DNA of 64,000 bases from a virus (lineage: Duplodnaviria > Caudoviricetes). Numbering within the stretch: position 1 is the first letter of the stretch; each line of letters opens with the position of its first letter. The notes under the pieces were generated by a model. That model worked only from the letters and a program-made list of their open reading frames with translations, did no database searches and was not told the DNA's origin. The DNA is taken from IMG/VR virus record IMGVR_UViG_3300015608_004971. One strand, written 5' to 3'. Shown piece after piece: positions 9,074 through 18,683 of the stretch. A program made the translations under genes and the position numbers.

Positions 9074-10192
9074 ATGACAAATAAAATTATTATGCAAAAA
9101 GATGATAAAAAATGGGAATGTGAAGTCTCTGAAAATAAAATAAAATATGTTTGGGGCCAAATCAATGGAATTATGCAAGAGTTAAATGTAGAGATCGACT
9201 CTGGAAAAAACATTGGCAAAAAAAATGAAACAACAAAGGAACAACAAGCTATAGTTGAGGCAAAAGCAAAAATTAACAATAAAATAAAAGAAGGATATTT
9301 GATTATATCAAATACATTTACAGAAAAATTTAAAAAACAAAGAGAATGTCCACAACCAATGCTTGCAAAAGAATGGAAAGCAAGAGAGCGTTTTATAAAT
9401 GATGGCGATGAATTCTTTTATCAACCAAAACTTGATGGAATTCGTTGTATTGCTAATGTGGCAACTGGAAAACTTTATTCAAGAAAGGGTGAAGAGATAA
9501 CCACAATGCAGCATATTGCAAAAGAAATTATGTCAATTGGAATATCATCTAAAATTCCTCTATCATCTGATTGGCTTGATGGCGAGCTTTATATACATAA
9601 AAAAGGTTTTCAATCTTTAATGAGTATTATTCGTTCAAACGTTAACCATCACGAAGAAGCAGAAACTATTGAATATCATGTATATGACTATATTGATGAA
9701 GCAAATGGCTTCAAAGATAGAAATTTAAAATTAAAAAATTTATTTAAAAACAATGATTTTGCTCATATTAAATTTGTTGAGGGAAAATCAATTTTAATTA
9801 ATGAAATTGAACTTGTTCATGATAAATGTGTCGAAGAAGGCTATGAAGGAATAATGATTCGCCTTGCTAATGCACCATATGAAACAAAGCGATCATCAAG
9901 TCTCTTGAAATATAAAAAATTTATTCAAGAAGAATATCCAATTATTGGCTTCTCAAGAGAGAAACATAATGAGACTTTGGCTGCTCTAATTCTCCAAACA
10001 AATGATGGAAAACAATTTGAAGCAACACCTTCAATGACAGATGATGAAAAACTTGATATTTGGCAAAATCAAGATAAATATAGAAATAATGAATTTTTTG
10101 CGACAGTAAAATTTCAAGAATATACGGACGATAAAAAGCCACGTTTTCCAGTGTGTATTGGCTTAAGACATATGTCTGACATGGACAATTAA
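9074..10192 (+). CDS. ATP-dependent DNA ligase with N-terminal WGR-like domain
   Basis: QPKLDGIR, LDGELY, YHVYD, YEGIMIR, LLKYK, PRFP; SD GAGG before ATG 9074. Confidence 0.93.
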   Translation: MTNKIIMQKDDKKWECEVSENKIKYVWGQINGIMQELNVEIDSGKNIGKKNETTKEQQAIVEAKAKINNKIKEGYLIISNTFTEKFKKQRECPQPMLAKEWKARERFINDGDEFFYQPKLDGIRCIANVATGKLYSRKGEEITTMQHIAKEIMSIGISSKIPLSSDWLDGELYIHKKGFQSLMSIIRSNVNHHEEAETIEYHVYDYIDEANGFKDRNLKLKNLFKNNDFAHIKFVEGKSILINEIELVHDKCVEEGYEGIMIRLANAPYETKRSSSLLKYKKFIQEEYPIIGFSREKHNETLAALILQTNDGKQFEATPSMTDDEKLDIWQNQDKYRNNEFFATVKFQEYTDDKKPRFPVCIGLRHMSDMDN

Positions 10193-10193
10193 T

Positions 10194-10466
10194 ATGTTTT
10201 TTCTTATCACAAATGGAAATAATTATGATAATGCAGATAGAGTAAATCTCTTTTATAAAAAAGACAAAACACACTATAAAAGAAATGATGGACCAGCTTG
10301 GAATTTATTTTATCCATGTTATGTTCTTTATAACAAAAAAAATCGTCTTCTAATTTATAATCGTGATGACCCTTTATATGAGGCAAACACTACAGATAAA
10401 ATAAAAGAAAAATTTTATTTATTAAATTCAATAATTTTTAAAGAAATTAAAATTGATATAATTTAG
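10194..10466 (+). CDS. RxDG mini-gene family member
   Basis: KRNDGPA; ends DII-stop. Confidence 0.7.
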   Translation: MFFLITNGNNYDNADRVNLFYKKDKTHYKRNDGPAWNLFYPCYVLYNKKNRLLIYNRDDPLYEANTTDKIKEKFYLLNSIIFKEIKIDII

Positions 10467-10590
10467 TTTATCACAAAAGTCTGTTGCCAACTTGTCGCTT
10501 GACAATGTTCTAGCTTCGCTGTATCGCGCGCCCCTGTGTGCGCGAAGTCTTTAAGGTGTATGGTGCTATCCAAGCCGCTTTGGCTTTCGC

Positions 10591-10653
10591 TTGACAGCCA
10601 GCGCCAGCCGTGCTATCATGCTTCGAGCTTCACAGCGGCAACGATAAAGCCGC
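10591..10653 (+). promoter_or_regulatory. repeated sigma70 promoter plus leader hairpin, copy 1
   Basis: TTGACA-gccagcgccagccgtgc-TATCAT, then GCGGC-aacgataaa-GCCGC. Confidence 0.9.
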
Positions 10654-10676
10654 AGCAAGCAGCAAGGAATCAGCAA

Positions 10677-11072
10677 ATGAGCAGCCAAAACGAAACAATC
10701 CTTAAGCTCGTTGCCGAGCTTAAGGCATCAGCAATTGATGGCCTTTCCATTGATATTTCGGAAAAGCCGGACGGATCGGTTTCGGTCGTTTTTTGCCAGC
10801 CTTCGGCGGAAATCGATCTTGATCTGCCGACCGAAATTTGGGATAGTGATGCCAAAGTTTGGAAGAATAAAAACGGGCAGATTCACCGCGATGGTGATTT
10901 GCCAGCATTTGAAAGGGCCAACGGAGATAAATTTTATTATAAAGAAGGAAAGCTTCACCGCGACGGTGATCTTCCTGCTATTGAATATGCTTGCGGTGAT
11001 AAAGAGTATTGTAAAAATGGAAAGCTTCACCGCGATGGCGATAAGCCTGCCGTTGTATATATAGACAGATAA
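10677..11072 (+). CDS. HRDGDLPA-repeat protein (3 repeats, usual C-terminal cap missing)
   Basis: Conserved NETILKLVAELK N-domain, 24-aa repeats; SD AAGGA before ATG 10677. Confidence 0.9.
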   Translation: MSSQNETILKLVAELKASAIDGLSIDISEKPDGSVSVVFCQPSAEIDLDLPTEIWDSDAKVWKNKNGQIHRDGDLPAFERANGDKFYYKEGKLHRDGDLPAIEYACGDKEYCKNGKLHRDGDKPAVVYIDR

Positions 11073-11106
11073 CAATAAAGAATTTGATATAAAAGGACTT
11101 TATTAA

Positions 11107-11847
11107 ATGAATTTGATTATTGTAGATTTTGATGGAACACTTTGTAATAGCGATCTAAAGCCTCACAGACATAAAGGCGATTGGTGGGGTAATCTTGAAT
11201 CTTTAAAAAATATCCCTGAAATAAATGGTCCTCTTCTTCAAGAAATTGACGAATATAAACAATCTCTTTGCAAGATCGTTATTATGACAGGTCGAACAGA
11301 GATTTTTAATGATAGAATTGTAGAAATTCTTGAACATCATAATGTTTTAAAATCTTATGATTACGATGAGCTGATAACACAGCCATTGAAAACCTTTGTT
11401 AACACAAAGGCTTATAAAAAGGAAATGCTTAAGGCGCTTCTTCGTCAATATCCAGATGTTGAAACTGTTATTGCTTATGATGACAAAGATATGTTTAAAG
11501 AGCCTTACGAAGAAGTATGTAAAACATTCGGTGTAGCACTTGAATATAAGCACACACCAAATGCGTTTCCACAAAGTATGAAAAGAATTACTTTTGACAA
11601 GAACCAAAAAGATAAATTCTTTGAGTTCATTAAGGGAAACAACTCTATTCTTGACGAACTCGGACGTAAAGTTAAAGATGTTGTTTTTTGTGATCTTGAT
11701 ATAATGCAAGAACACAATATTCTTTCATCATCTGATAGAGATGGAAATTATCGTGTTGATTTATATGTAATTGATCTTATTGAGGACGAGAATATGTTCT
11801 CATTTTATTTAAATGACCACCCAACAATCGCATCTTGTGGATTTTAA
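11107..11847 (+). CDS. HAD-family phosphatase (RNA-repair type)
   Basis: DFDGT, MTGR, YDDK motifs; adjacent to a kinase. Confidence 0.8.
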   Translation: MNLIIVDFDGTLCNSDLKPHRHKGDWWGNLESLKNIPEINGPLLQEIDEYKQSLCKIVIMTGRTEIFNDRIVEILEHHNVLKSYDYDELITQPLKTFVNTKAYKKEMLKALLRQYPDVETVIAYDDKDMFKEPYEEVCKTFGVALEYKHTPNAFPQSMKRITFDKNQKDKFFEFIKGNNSILDELGRKVKDVVFCDLDIMQEHNILSSSDRDGNYRVDLYVIDLIEDENMFSFYLNDHPTIASCGF

Positions 11848-12396
11848 ATGTTAAAAAGAATCTTGACAGCAATCCGGCTACACAAACCGAAGGTTATTTT
11901 TATGCACGGACTTCCATGCAGTGGAAAGTCTACTTATGTTAGTAAACTTGTTGCAGTCAACAATAAACTTGTTGTGATTTCTTACGACGATGAAGTTCAA
12001 GAGATTGCAAAAAAGAATGGACTTGAATATAACGATCTCTTTAGAAGCTTGCTCGGAAAAGAATTAAGAAAAGAAGCTTCCAAAAGCCTAGAAGAAAAAA
12101 TTAATAAAAATATTAAAAAGTGTGAAGATATTGTGTTTGATTTAACAAATACATCATTCTTTGCAAGAAAACGAGCATTAAGTTATTTTGAAAACTCAAA
12201 ATATTTCAAAGAAATACACATAATGCCTTTTCTTGATAAACAAGAATTCATTGAAAGAGAAACGATCAGATATGAAGAACTTTTGAAATATGGAATAGAA
12301 AAATCAATAAGCGTATCAGTTTATGATAAATTTGCGAAAGATTATTCGGTTCCGACAGAAAAAGAGGGATTCAATAGAATTATTGAAATTAAATGA
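11848..12396 (+). CDS. P-loop polynucleotide kinase-like (AAA_33)
   Basis: GLPCSGKST, ISYD, DLTN. Confidence 0.85.
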   Translation: MLKRILTAIRLHKPKVIFMHGLPCSGKSTYVSKLVAVNNKLVVISYDDEVQEIAKKNGLEYNDLFRSLLGKELRKEASKSLEEKINKNIKKCEDIVFDLTNTSFFARKRALSYFENSKYFKEIHIMPFLDKQEFIERETIRYEELLKYGIEKSISVSVYDKFAKDYSVPTEKEGFNRIIEIK

Positions 12397-12560
12397 TTAC
12401 CTATAGCAATAGAGATGTTTATTTTTATAAAACAAAAATGTTTGGCTATATATGTGAGCGTTTTGATGGCCGATATAATAAAAGAGAGTTAATTGATACG
12501 CAAAAACATATTCTTGATATGCGTGAATTTGAAGATTCTTTCAAAAAGGATCATATATAA
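12393..12560 (+). CDS. RxDG mini-gene family member (55 aa, below track cutoff)
   Basis: Translated by hand: MITYSN...ERFDG...KKDHI-stop; ATGA overlap upstream, TAATG overlap downstream. Confidence 0.75.
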   Translation: MITYSNRDVYFYKTKMFGYICERFDGRYNKRELIDTQKHILDMREFEDSFKKDHI

Positions 12561-12808
12561 TGATATCTTATTGTCTTGCAAATGATTTTTATGATTATAA
12601 AAATTTCTTTTGGTATGATAAACGAAGTAATCATATCAGATTAGATGGAAACATACAAAATGGAATCCACGCTTCAGCCTCAACAGCTATGTTAACATTG
12701 CTTATTGAATTAAATGTCTATAATGGTAGTCTGCCTTCAGATTTTGAATTATCAAAAGCAATAATAATTGCAAATCATAGAATTTCATTTTATCAGGATT
12801 TTATTTGA
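12560..12808 (+). CDS. RxDG mini-gene family member
   Basis: MISY...RLDG...DFI-stop. Confidence 0.75.
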   Translation: MISYCLANDFYDYKNFFWYDKRSNHIRLDGNIQNGIHASASTAMLTLLIELNVYNGSLPSDFELSKAIIIANHRISFYQDFI

Positions 12809-12824
12809 AAAAGGATCATAATCT

Positions 12825-13091
12825 ATGATAGCATATTACATTTATGATACATCATGCCTTTTTTTCACATATTGTTTATATACTAACGAAAAAAATAAAT
12901 TATGTCGCAGTTATAGATTTGATGGAAAATTAACACAAAAATTTTTTATGTCCACTGATGAAATCGAATCTGCCGTTTATGCACTAAAAGACAGTAGAGT
13001 TCACTGCAATGATATACGGAGAAACGAACCTGATGCTATTAAAATAAAAAAATTAAATCGCAAAATCATTTTCAAACAAGATTTTATTTAA
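12825..13091 (+). CDS. RxDG mini-gene family member
   Basis: MIAY...RFDG...DFI-stop. Confidence 0.75.
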   Translation: MIAYYIYDTSCLFFTYCLYTNEKNKLCRSYRFDGKLTQKFFMSTDEIESAVYALKDSRVHCNDIRRNEPDAIKIKKLNRKIIFKQDFI

Positions 13092-13104
13092 AAAGGAATA
13101 AAAA

Positions 13105-14415
13105 ATGGCATATAGAGCTTATGTTGTCTCAATCAAGGTATCAGACCATCCAGATCCTGAGGTGCATTCTATTGCATTAGGAAATGCAAACGGCAATACC
13201 GTTGTTGTTTCAAAAAAGGTTAAAGATGGCGATCTTGGTATTTATTTTGAATGCGATGGCCAGCTCTCTAAAGAATTTGCATTGGCAAACGATCTTATTC
13301 GCCATACAGATCCTGATACTGGTGAAAAAAAGGGTGGATTTTTCGATGAAAATCGAAAAGTCAGAGCACAGAAATTTAGAGGAATTAGATCTGATGGGTT
13401 TTGGATCGGAATTGAATCACTTTCTTTTATTAAAAATTTTGATCTTTCATCTCTGAAAGATGGTGATTCTTTTACTGAGATAAACGGTATTCCTATTTGT
13501 AATAAGTTTGTCACCAAAGCAACACAAAAGGCATCTAACGATAAGAAAGTGAAAAATACTCTTCATAAAGAGGAAAAGCTTTCTATTGTGTTTCCAAAGC
13601 ACTTTGATACAGATCAATTTAGACATGAAGCAAAAAAACTGCAAGTTGGCGATATTATTAGCATTACAGAAAAAATTCACGGCTCAAGTCAGAGATTTGG
13701 CTATGTTAAAGTTAAACATTTTTATCGTAAATTTAGTCTGAAATGGTTTAAAAATAAACTTGGCTTTCTTTCTGATGAAACTTATGAGCACGTCATTGGA
13801 ACAAGAAATGTAACAATGAATCCAATAGAATCTAGCAAAAACAGCAATCGTGGTTTCTATGAAGATGAGACTTTTAGACAAAGATGCGTTCAATCACTAA
13901 TTGGCAAACTTTATAAGAATGAAATGATCTTTTTTGAAGTTGTTGGTTGGACAAATAAAGATGTCCCGATCATGCCACCAGCAAAAATTAAAGATCTTAA
14001 AGATAAATCTCTGAAAAAATATGGCGATACAATGTACTACTCGTACTTAACAAATCAAGGCGAAGCAGATATTTATGTTTATCGTATTGCTAATTTGATG
14101 GAAAATGGCGACTTAATCGATCTTACCTTTGAGCAAGTTAAAGAACGCTGCAAAGAACTTAATATTAAGCATGTTAATGAGATTTGCCAAAAGTTTATTT
14201 ATGATGGAGATGAAGAGAAGCTTCGTGAATTGGTGGAATCATTAACTGATGGCGACAGCTTGATAGATACTTCTCATTTAAGAGAAGGTGTTTGTGTTCG
14301 TGCTGAAAGATATAGAACACCTTTTGTTTTAAAAAATAAGAGTTTTTATTTTAAATTGGCCGAGGGTATGGCCAAAGAAAAAGAAGATTATTTAGATGAA
14401 GAGGAATCGGCGTAA
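13105..14415 (+). CDS. RNA ligase, DRB0094-like family
   Basis: N-terminal OB-like region (KFRGIRSDG), TEKIHGS, FFEVVG, REGVCVR, LKNK. Confidence 0.85.
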   Translation: MAYRAYVVSIKVSDHPDPEVHSIALGNANGNTVVVSKKVKDGDLGIYFECDGQLSKEFALANDLIRHTDPDTGEKKGGFFDENRKVRAQKFRGIRSDGFWIGIESLSFIKNFDLSSLKDGDSFTEINGIPICNKFVTKATQKASNDKKVKNTLHKEEKLSIVFPKHFDTDQFRHEAKKLQVGDIISITEKIHGSSQRFGYVKVKHFYRKFSLKWFKNKLGFLSDETYEHVIGTRNVTMNPIESSKNSNRGFYEDETFRQRCVQSLIGKLYKNEMIFFEVVGWTNKDVPIMPPAKIKDLKDKSLKKYGDTMYYSYLTNQGEADIYVYRIANLMENGDLIDLTFEQVKERCKELNIKHVNEICQKFIYDGDEEKLRELVESLTDGDSLIDTSHLREGVCVRAERYRTPFVLKNKSFYFKLAEGMAKEKEDYLDEEESA

Positions 14416-14416
14416 A

Positions 14417-14737
14417 ATGATTTTATATAAAGAAAAAAGCGAGAAAGGCTTTTTTGAAATAAAATTTTATAAAATTTCAAAATCAAGACATAGTGAAGAG
14501 CTTTTTAGAAGCGATGGGTTTTATGCAGGCATTCATTATAGTAAAAGAAATACTTTTATAGCAAAAGTAAAAAGTTTTTATTTAAACGATAGCAAAAGAA
14601 GTCAAGAAATAAAGAGACATAAAACTTTTTGTTTTTATAATAATTTAATATTTAAAGAATATGATCTTTTTAAAAAACAAATGAAAAAAAGAGGATTTAA
14701 AACTTATCATCTACCCATATTAACTGATTTTATATAG
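14417..14737 (+). CDS. RxDG mini-gene family member (solo)
   Basis: MILYK...RSDG...DFI-stop; TGATTTTATATA at both ends. Confidence 0.75.
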   Translation: MILYKEKSEKGFFEIKFYKISKSRHSEELFRSDGFYAGIHYSKRNTFIAKVKSFYLNDSKRSQEIKRHKTFCFYNNLIFKEYDLFKKQMKKRGFKTYHLPILTDFI

Positions 14738-14748
14738 AAAGGAAAAAA

Positions 14749-15777
14749 ATGATTAATTTTGTTGATACAGTATTAGGTTTATCTTATGGAGACGAAGGCA
14801 AAGGGAAGATTACGCACCTTCTTTCATCAAAAAATAAATATGATTTCTGTTTGCGCGTCGCTGGCGGCGCAAATGCTGGCCATACCATCTTTCATAATGG
14901 AAAAAAATTTGTAACACATATTATACCAACTGGTATATTTTATGGAATACCTGGCATTATTGGCTCTGGGTGTGTTTTAAATGTAGGACAATTTTTTAAT
15001 GAAATTTCTGAACTAAAAAAAAGCGGAATTAATCTAACAAATAAAGTATTTATTGCAGAAAATTGTCATATTGTTCAAGATAAGCATTTGCAAGAAGAAG
15101 TTGCAGAAGCAAAAATTGGAACAACCAAACGTGGAATTGGACCAGCATATCGCGATAAATATGCAAGAGAAGGTCTTCGTGCGAAAGACATCCCAGAGCT
15201 AAAATCATATATTGTTGATCTCTATGCGCTTTTTTATGATAATAATAAAGATGTTAATATTTTGTGCGAAGGCGCTCAAGGCTTTAACCTTGATATTGAT
15301 TGGGGTGACTATCCATTTGTAACATCTAGTCACGCTACAATAGCTGGTGTAATTCAAAATGGTATAACACCAAGTAAAATTCGCAATACTTATGGTATTA
15401 TTAAAGCTTATGATACTTATGTTGGCTCAAAATCTTTTGAAGATAAAAATTGTCAAGATTCTCATTTATTTCAAAAAATGAGAGATTTAGGTCAAGAATA
15501 TGGCGCCACAACTGGACGGCCACGCCAATGTAATTGGCTTAATATGGATAATGTGCTAAAAGCGGCAAGGATGAACGGAACAAAATTTATATGTATGAAT
15601 AAGATGGACATTCTTCAGGAAATTGGAGAATATAAATATTATTTCAATAATACTTTAAAATCAACATCTTCAAAAGAAGATTTTCTAGATGAAATACAAA
15701 AAATCGTAAATATGGCAGGGTCAGCTTTACTTGTATCATATGGGCCAGATAAAGATTATGAATTAATTCGTAAATAA
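14749..15777 (+). CDS. purA: adenylosuccinate synthetase (short form)
   Basis: GDEGKGK, GGANAGHT, IGTTKRGIGPAY, EGAQG, YPFVTSS, EYGATTGRPR. Confidence 0.96.
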   Translation: MINFVDTVLGLSYGDEGKGKITHLLSSKNKYDFCLRVAGGANAGHTIFHNGKKFVTHIIPTGIFYGIPGIIGSGCVLNVGQFFNEISELKKSGINLTNKVFIAENCHIVQDKHLQEEVAEAKIGTTKRGIGPAYRDKYAREGLRAKDIPELKSYIVDLYALFYDNNKDVNILCEGAQGFNLDIDWGDYPFVTSSHATIAGVIQNGITPSKIRNTYGIIKAYDTYVGSKSFEDKNCQDSHLFQKMRDLGQEYGATTGRPRQCNWLNMDNVLKAARMNGTKFICMNKMDILQEIGEYKYYFNNTLKSTSSKEDFLDEIQKIVNMAGSALLVSYGPDKDYELIRK

Positions 15778-15994
15778 TTTAAAAAAAGGAAAAATAAATG
15801 AAATTTAAGCTAGTAGATGGAAAGCCTGTAAATTTTAATGTAGATAAACTTATTGATTTTTTATCAAATTTTCAATCTAATAAGGTTCGCTTTGTAAGAT
15901 CTGGAAAATTTATTTTCATTGAGGATCCATCAAAAGAAGATTATGATGAAGACGACGACGAATCAGGCAACGAAACAACTGAAGAGCTATAATC

Positions 15995-16822
15995 ATGCTT
16001 AGAAAGCCAAGAACAACGCTTAGAGCAATAAATAGAGCTTTAGAAGAATTTGAAGATGATGAACCAATTTTTTATTTAAAGCTTAAAAAAACAAATACAT
16101 TTGTTAAAAATATTTATAGTTCTAAATTTGATTTTAATTTTTTCACGTATAAAAAAATGTATTATGTATGTAATAAAACTAACCAGAAATTTGAATATAA
16201 TCGTTTTATTACTCCTCCGGAAGATATTACCTGGAGATATGATGGCCAAGAAGATATGACCATACTTATCGACGGCAAAATATACGGTCAACAACTTTTG
16301 GCCTTTGAGCATAAAAAAAATAAGAACTTAATTGTATTAAAAATAAGAGACGAAGAGGCCGCATCAAACATAAGAGAATCATTAGTAAAAACATATATTT
16401 TAAGAAAAAAGCTATTAAAAAATGATGTCTTTTTTCTATCTAATGATGATAATAAAGTTTTTAAAAATTTATCAATAGCAAATAGAAATAAAGAAGAGCT
16501 AGAAGAGATTTTATTAAAAATGTTTATTGGTGAACTTCCTGCTTTTCCAATAAAACAACTTTGTTTTGAAAGAACAGAAAAATTTAAATCTGTGTTTTTC
16601 TCTAGAAATCCAATGGAGCTTTTATATCCATTATTGAATAATGGAGAATTTACTAATTCGGCAGAAGTAGAAATGTCAAATATAATTGGAAAGGCTGATA
16701 TATTTGCGGATAAAATAACTTTATGCAAGCTTCAATTTGATTTTAAAAATAATGAAATTAGCAACGTTGACGAATTACTAACAGAGTTTACAGTTTCTTC
16801 GGCAAAAAGAATAAAAATTTAA
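15995..16822 (+). CDS. hypothetical protein
   Basis: 275-aa ORF; weak similarity to 16839..17546. Confidence 0.7.
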   Translation: MLRKPRTTLRAINRALEEFEDDEPIFYLKLKKTNTFVKNIYSSKFDFNFFTYKKMYYVCNKTNQKFEYNRFITPPEDITWRYDGQEDMTILIDGKIYGQQLLAFEHKKNKNLIVLKIRDEEAASNIRESLVKTYILRKKLLKNDVFFLSNDDNKVFKNLSIANRNKEELEEILLKMFIGELPAFPIKQLCFERTEKFKSVFFSRNPMELLYPLLNNGEFTNSAEVEMSNIIGKADIFADKITLCKLQFDFKNNEISNVDELLTEFTVSSAKRIKI

Positions 16823-16838
16823 ATTTAGAGGTATACAA

Positions 16839-17546
16839 ATGTCATATATTGGTAATATAAAAATCGGCAATTTAATTGAACAAATAGATGGAAAAGTTTA
16901 TTATTGTTTAAAACATAAAGCAACAAATCTTTATGTAAGCGGAATATATAGAAGCGAAATAAGTTTGCCAGATAGAAAGAAGAGCTCTGGAATTGAGCCG
17001 GCTATTCTTTGTGATGAAAATTACGATACAAATCTTCATAGAAGAGTTTATAAACTTATAAAAATTAATAATTATAAAGAAACTAAACAAGCTTTAACGA
17101 AAGCAAAACAATATAGACAAAAGCTTGTGAATCAAAATATTATTTTTCTCGATGATGAAGATAAAATAAAATTAAAAAATTTAAATTTTAAGAAAATGAA
17201 AGATCAAGAAATTTTTGATTTTGTTAAAGATTTTTATGAGGATAAAATTTCTTATTTTAAGAAAAGTTCTTATGGTTTACAAAAGACACAAACGATCAAT
17301 AATTCTCTTTTTACAGAAAATCCATCGTCTCTTTTGCATTCTTTTTTTGAAAATAAATTTAATTTTAGATATCAAGATAATTTAAATTCTGAATTGGCAT
17401 CCGTTATACCTCGAATTAATGAAATTTTAGATATATTTGAAATTCATAAAATAGAATTTGGAATTAAACAGGATGATTTGATTGACGAAGAACAATTGAC
17501 GACAGACTTAACAGTTTCAATAGTAAATTGGAATGCAGATAAATAA
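16839..17546 (+). CDS. hypothetical protein
   Basis: 235-aa ORF with SD GAGG. Confidence 0.7.
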   Translation: MSYIGNIKIGNLIEQIDGKVYYCLKHKATNLYVSGIYRSEISLPDRKKSSGIEPAILCDENYDTNLHRRVYKLIKINNYKETKQALTKAKQYRQKLVNQNIIFLDDEDKIKLKNLNFKKMKDQEIFDFVKDFYEDKISYFKKSSYGLQKTQTINNSLFTENPSSLLHSFFENKFNFRYQDNLNSELASVIPRINEILDIFEIHKIEFGIKQDDLIDEEQLTTDLTVSIVNWNADK

Positions 17547-17573
17547 TATGGTGCTGGCTTTTGGCGCTGGCGT

Positions 17574-17638
17574 TTGACAGCCAGCGCCAGCCGTGCTATC
17601 ATGCTTCACGCAACACAGCGGCAGCACAATAAAGCCGC
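17574..17638 (+). promoter_or_regulatory. repeated sigma70 promoter plus leader hairpin, copy 2
   Basis: Identical TTGACA-17-TATCAT block; GCGGC...GCCGC hairpin. Confidence 0.9.
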
Positions 17639-17656
17639 AGCGATAAGGATCAGCAA

Positions 17657-18055
17657 ATGAGCAGCAGCAGCAACAAAAACGAAACAATCCTGAAGCTTGT
17701 TGCCGAGCTTAAGGAATCGGCAATTGACGGAATTTCAATTAACGTTTCGGAGAAGCCGGATGGATCGGTTTCTGTGGTTTTTCACCAATCTTCGACTGAA
17801 ATCGATCTTGATTTGCCAACAGAAATCGGTTGTTATGGTACTAAATATTGGAGAAACAAAAAGGGAAATCTTCATCGTGACGGCGATCTGCCTGCCGTTA
17901 TTTATGCTGATGGAACCAAATCTTATTATAAGAACGGAAATTGCCATCGCGAGGGCGGAAAGCCCGCAATGATCACAAAAAAACGATATGAATATTGGAT
18001 CGATGGAAAGCACATTTTGACTGTCAATCATAAGAATGGCGTTGTTGAGGTTTGA
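17657..18055 (+). CDS. HRDGDLPA-repeat protein (2 repeats)
   Basis: Conserved N-domain and C-cap YEYWIDGKHILTVNHKNGVVEV. Confidence 0.9.
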   Translation: MSSSSNKNETILKLVAELKESAIDGISINVSEKPDGSVSVVFHQSSTEIDLDLPTEIGCYGTKYWRNKKGNLHRDGDLPAVIYADGTKSYYKNGNCHREGGKPAMITKKRYEYWIDGKHILTVNHKNGVVEV

Positions 18056-18109
18056 TAAGTAAAAATTATTGAACAATATTTTATTCATTGAAAAATAACA
18101 GGAATAAAG

Positions 18110-18679
18110 ATGGATACAGCCAATAATAGCAAGCTAAATCTTCGTCAAAAGTATAAAGATTGGACAGTAGATTTGGTTCGCAAGGATATTCAAAAGACAG
18201 TATTTCCATATTCATGCTTCATGTTTAATTGGAGCGGTGACATGAATATGGCATCAGCGATTAGATCCGGAAATGGTCTTGGTTGTAAAGAATTCTTTTA
18301 TTTTGGAAAGAAAAAGTGGGATAGAAGAGGTTCTGTCGGAACACACCATTATTCGATGGTTTCTTTTGTTAAGGAGATGGACGATTTTTTGAAAATGAAG
18401 GAAAAATATCATTTCATTGGAATTGATAATAATCATAACTTTAAATGCCATGAGATGCAAGATTTCCTTTGGGAAACAAAGGACGGCAAAGAACCTCTTC
18501 TTATTTTCGGTGAAGAAGGCGGCGGCCTTACAGAAGACATTCTTTCGATTTGTGATGATATCGTTTTCATTCCAATGTTTGGAAGCGTTCCAAGCTTTAA
18601 TGTATCATGTTGCGCTTCTATGGTAATGTATGATATTGTTACGAAAAAATTCCTCAACAAAGAGAAAGAGGATAAGTAA
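18110..18679 (+). CDS. TrmH/SpoU-family SPOUT RNA methyltransferase
   Basis: NMASAIRS, IFGEEGGGL, IPMFG..SFNVS. Confidence 0.9.
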   Translation: MDTANNSKLNLRQKYKDWTVDLVRKDIQKTVFPYSCFMFNWSGDMNMASAIRSGNGLGCKEFFYFGKKKWDRRGSVGTHHYSMVSFVKEMDDFLKMKEKYHFIGIDNNHNFKCHEMQDFLWETKDGKEPLLIFGEEGGGLTEDILSICDDIVFIPMFGSVPSFNVSCCASMVMYDIVTKKFLNKEKEDK

Positions 18680-18683
18680 TTAA

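Noticed and set aside
10536-10676. N-terminal extensions containing LDSQRQPCYHAS (also at 21900, 34663, 53389)
   Set aside because: These are translations of the promoter and leader DNA; SD-supported ATGs lie downstream
10591-11072. Classical IS or MITE identity for the promoter module
   Set aside because: No transposase, terminal inverted repeats or target-site duplications found
14749-15777. PurZ (2-aminoadenine Z-genome) instead of PurA
   Set aside because: The motif is GDEGKG with the catalytic Asp of PurA; PurZ has Ser at this position
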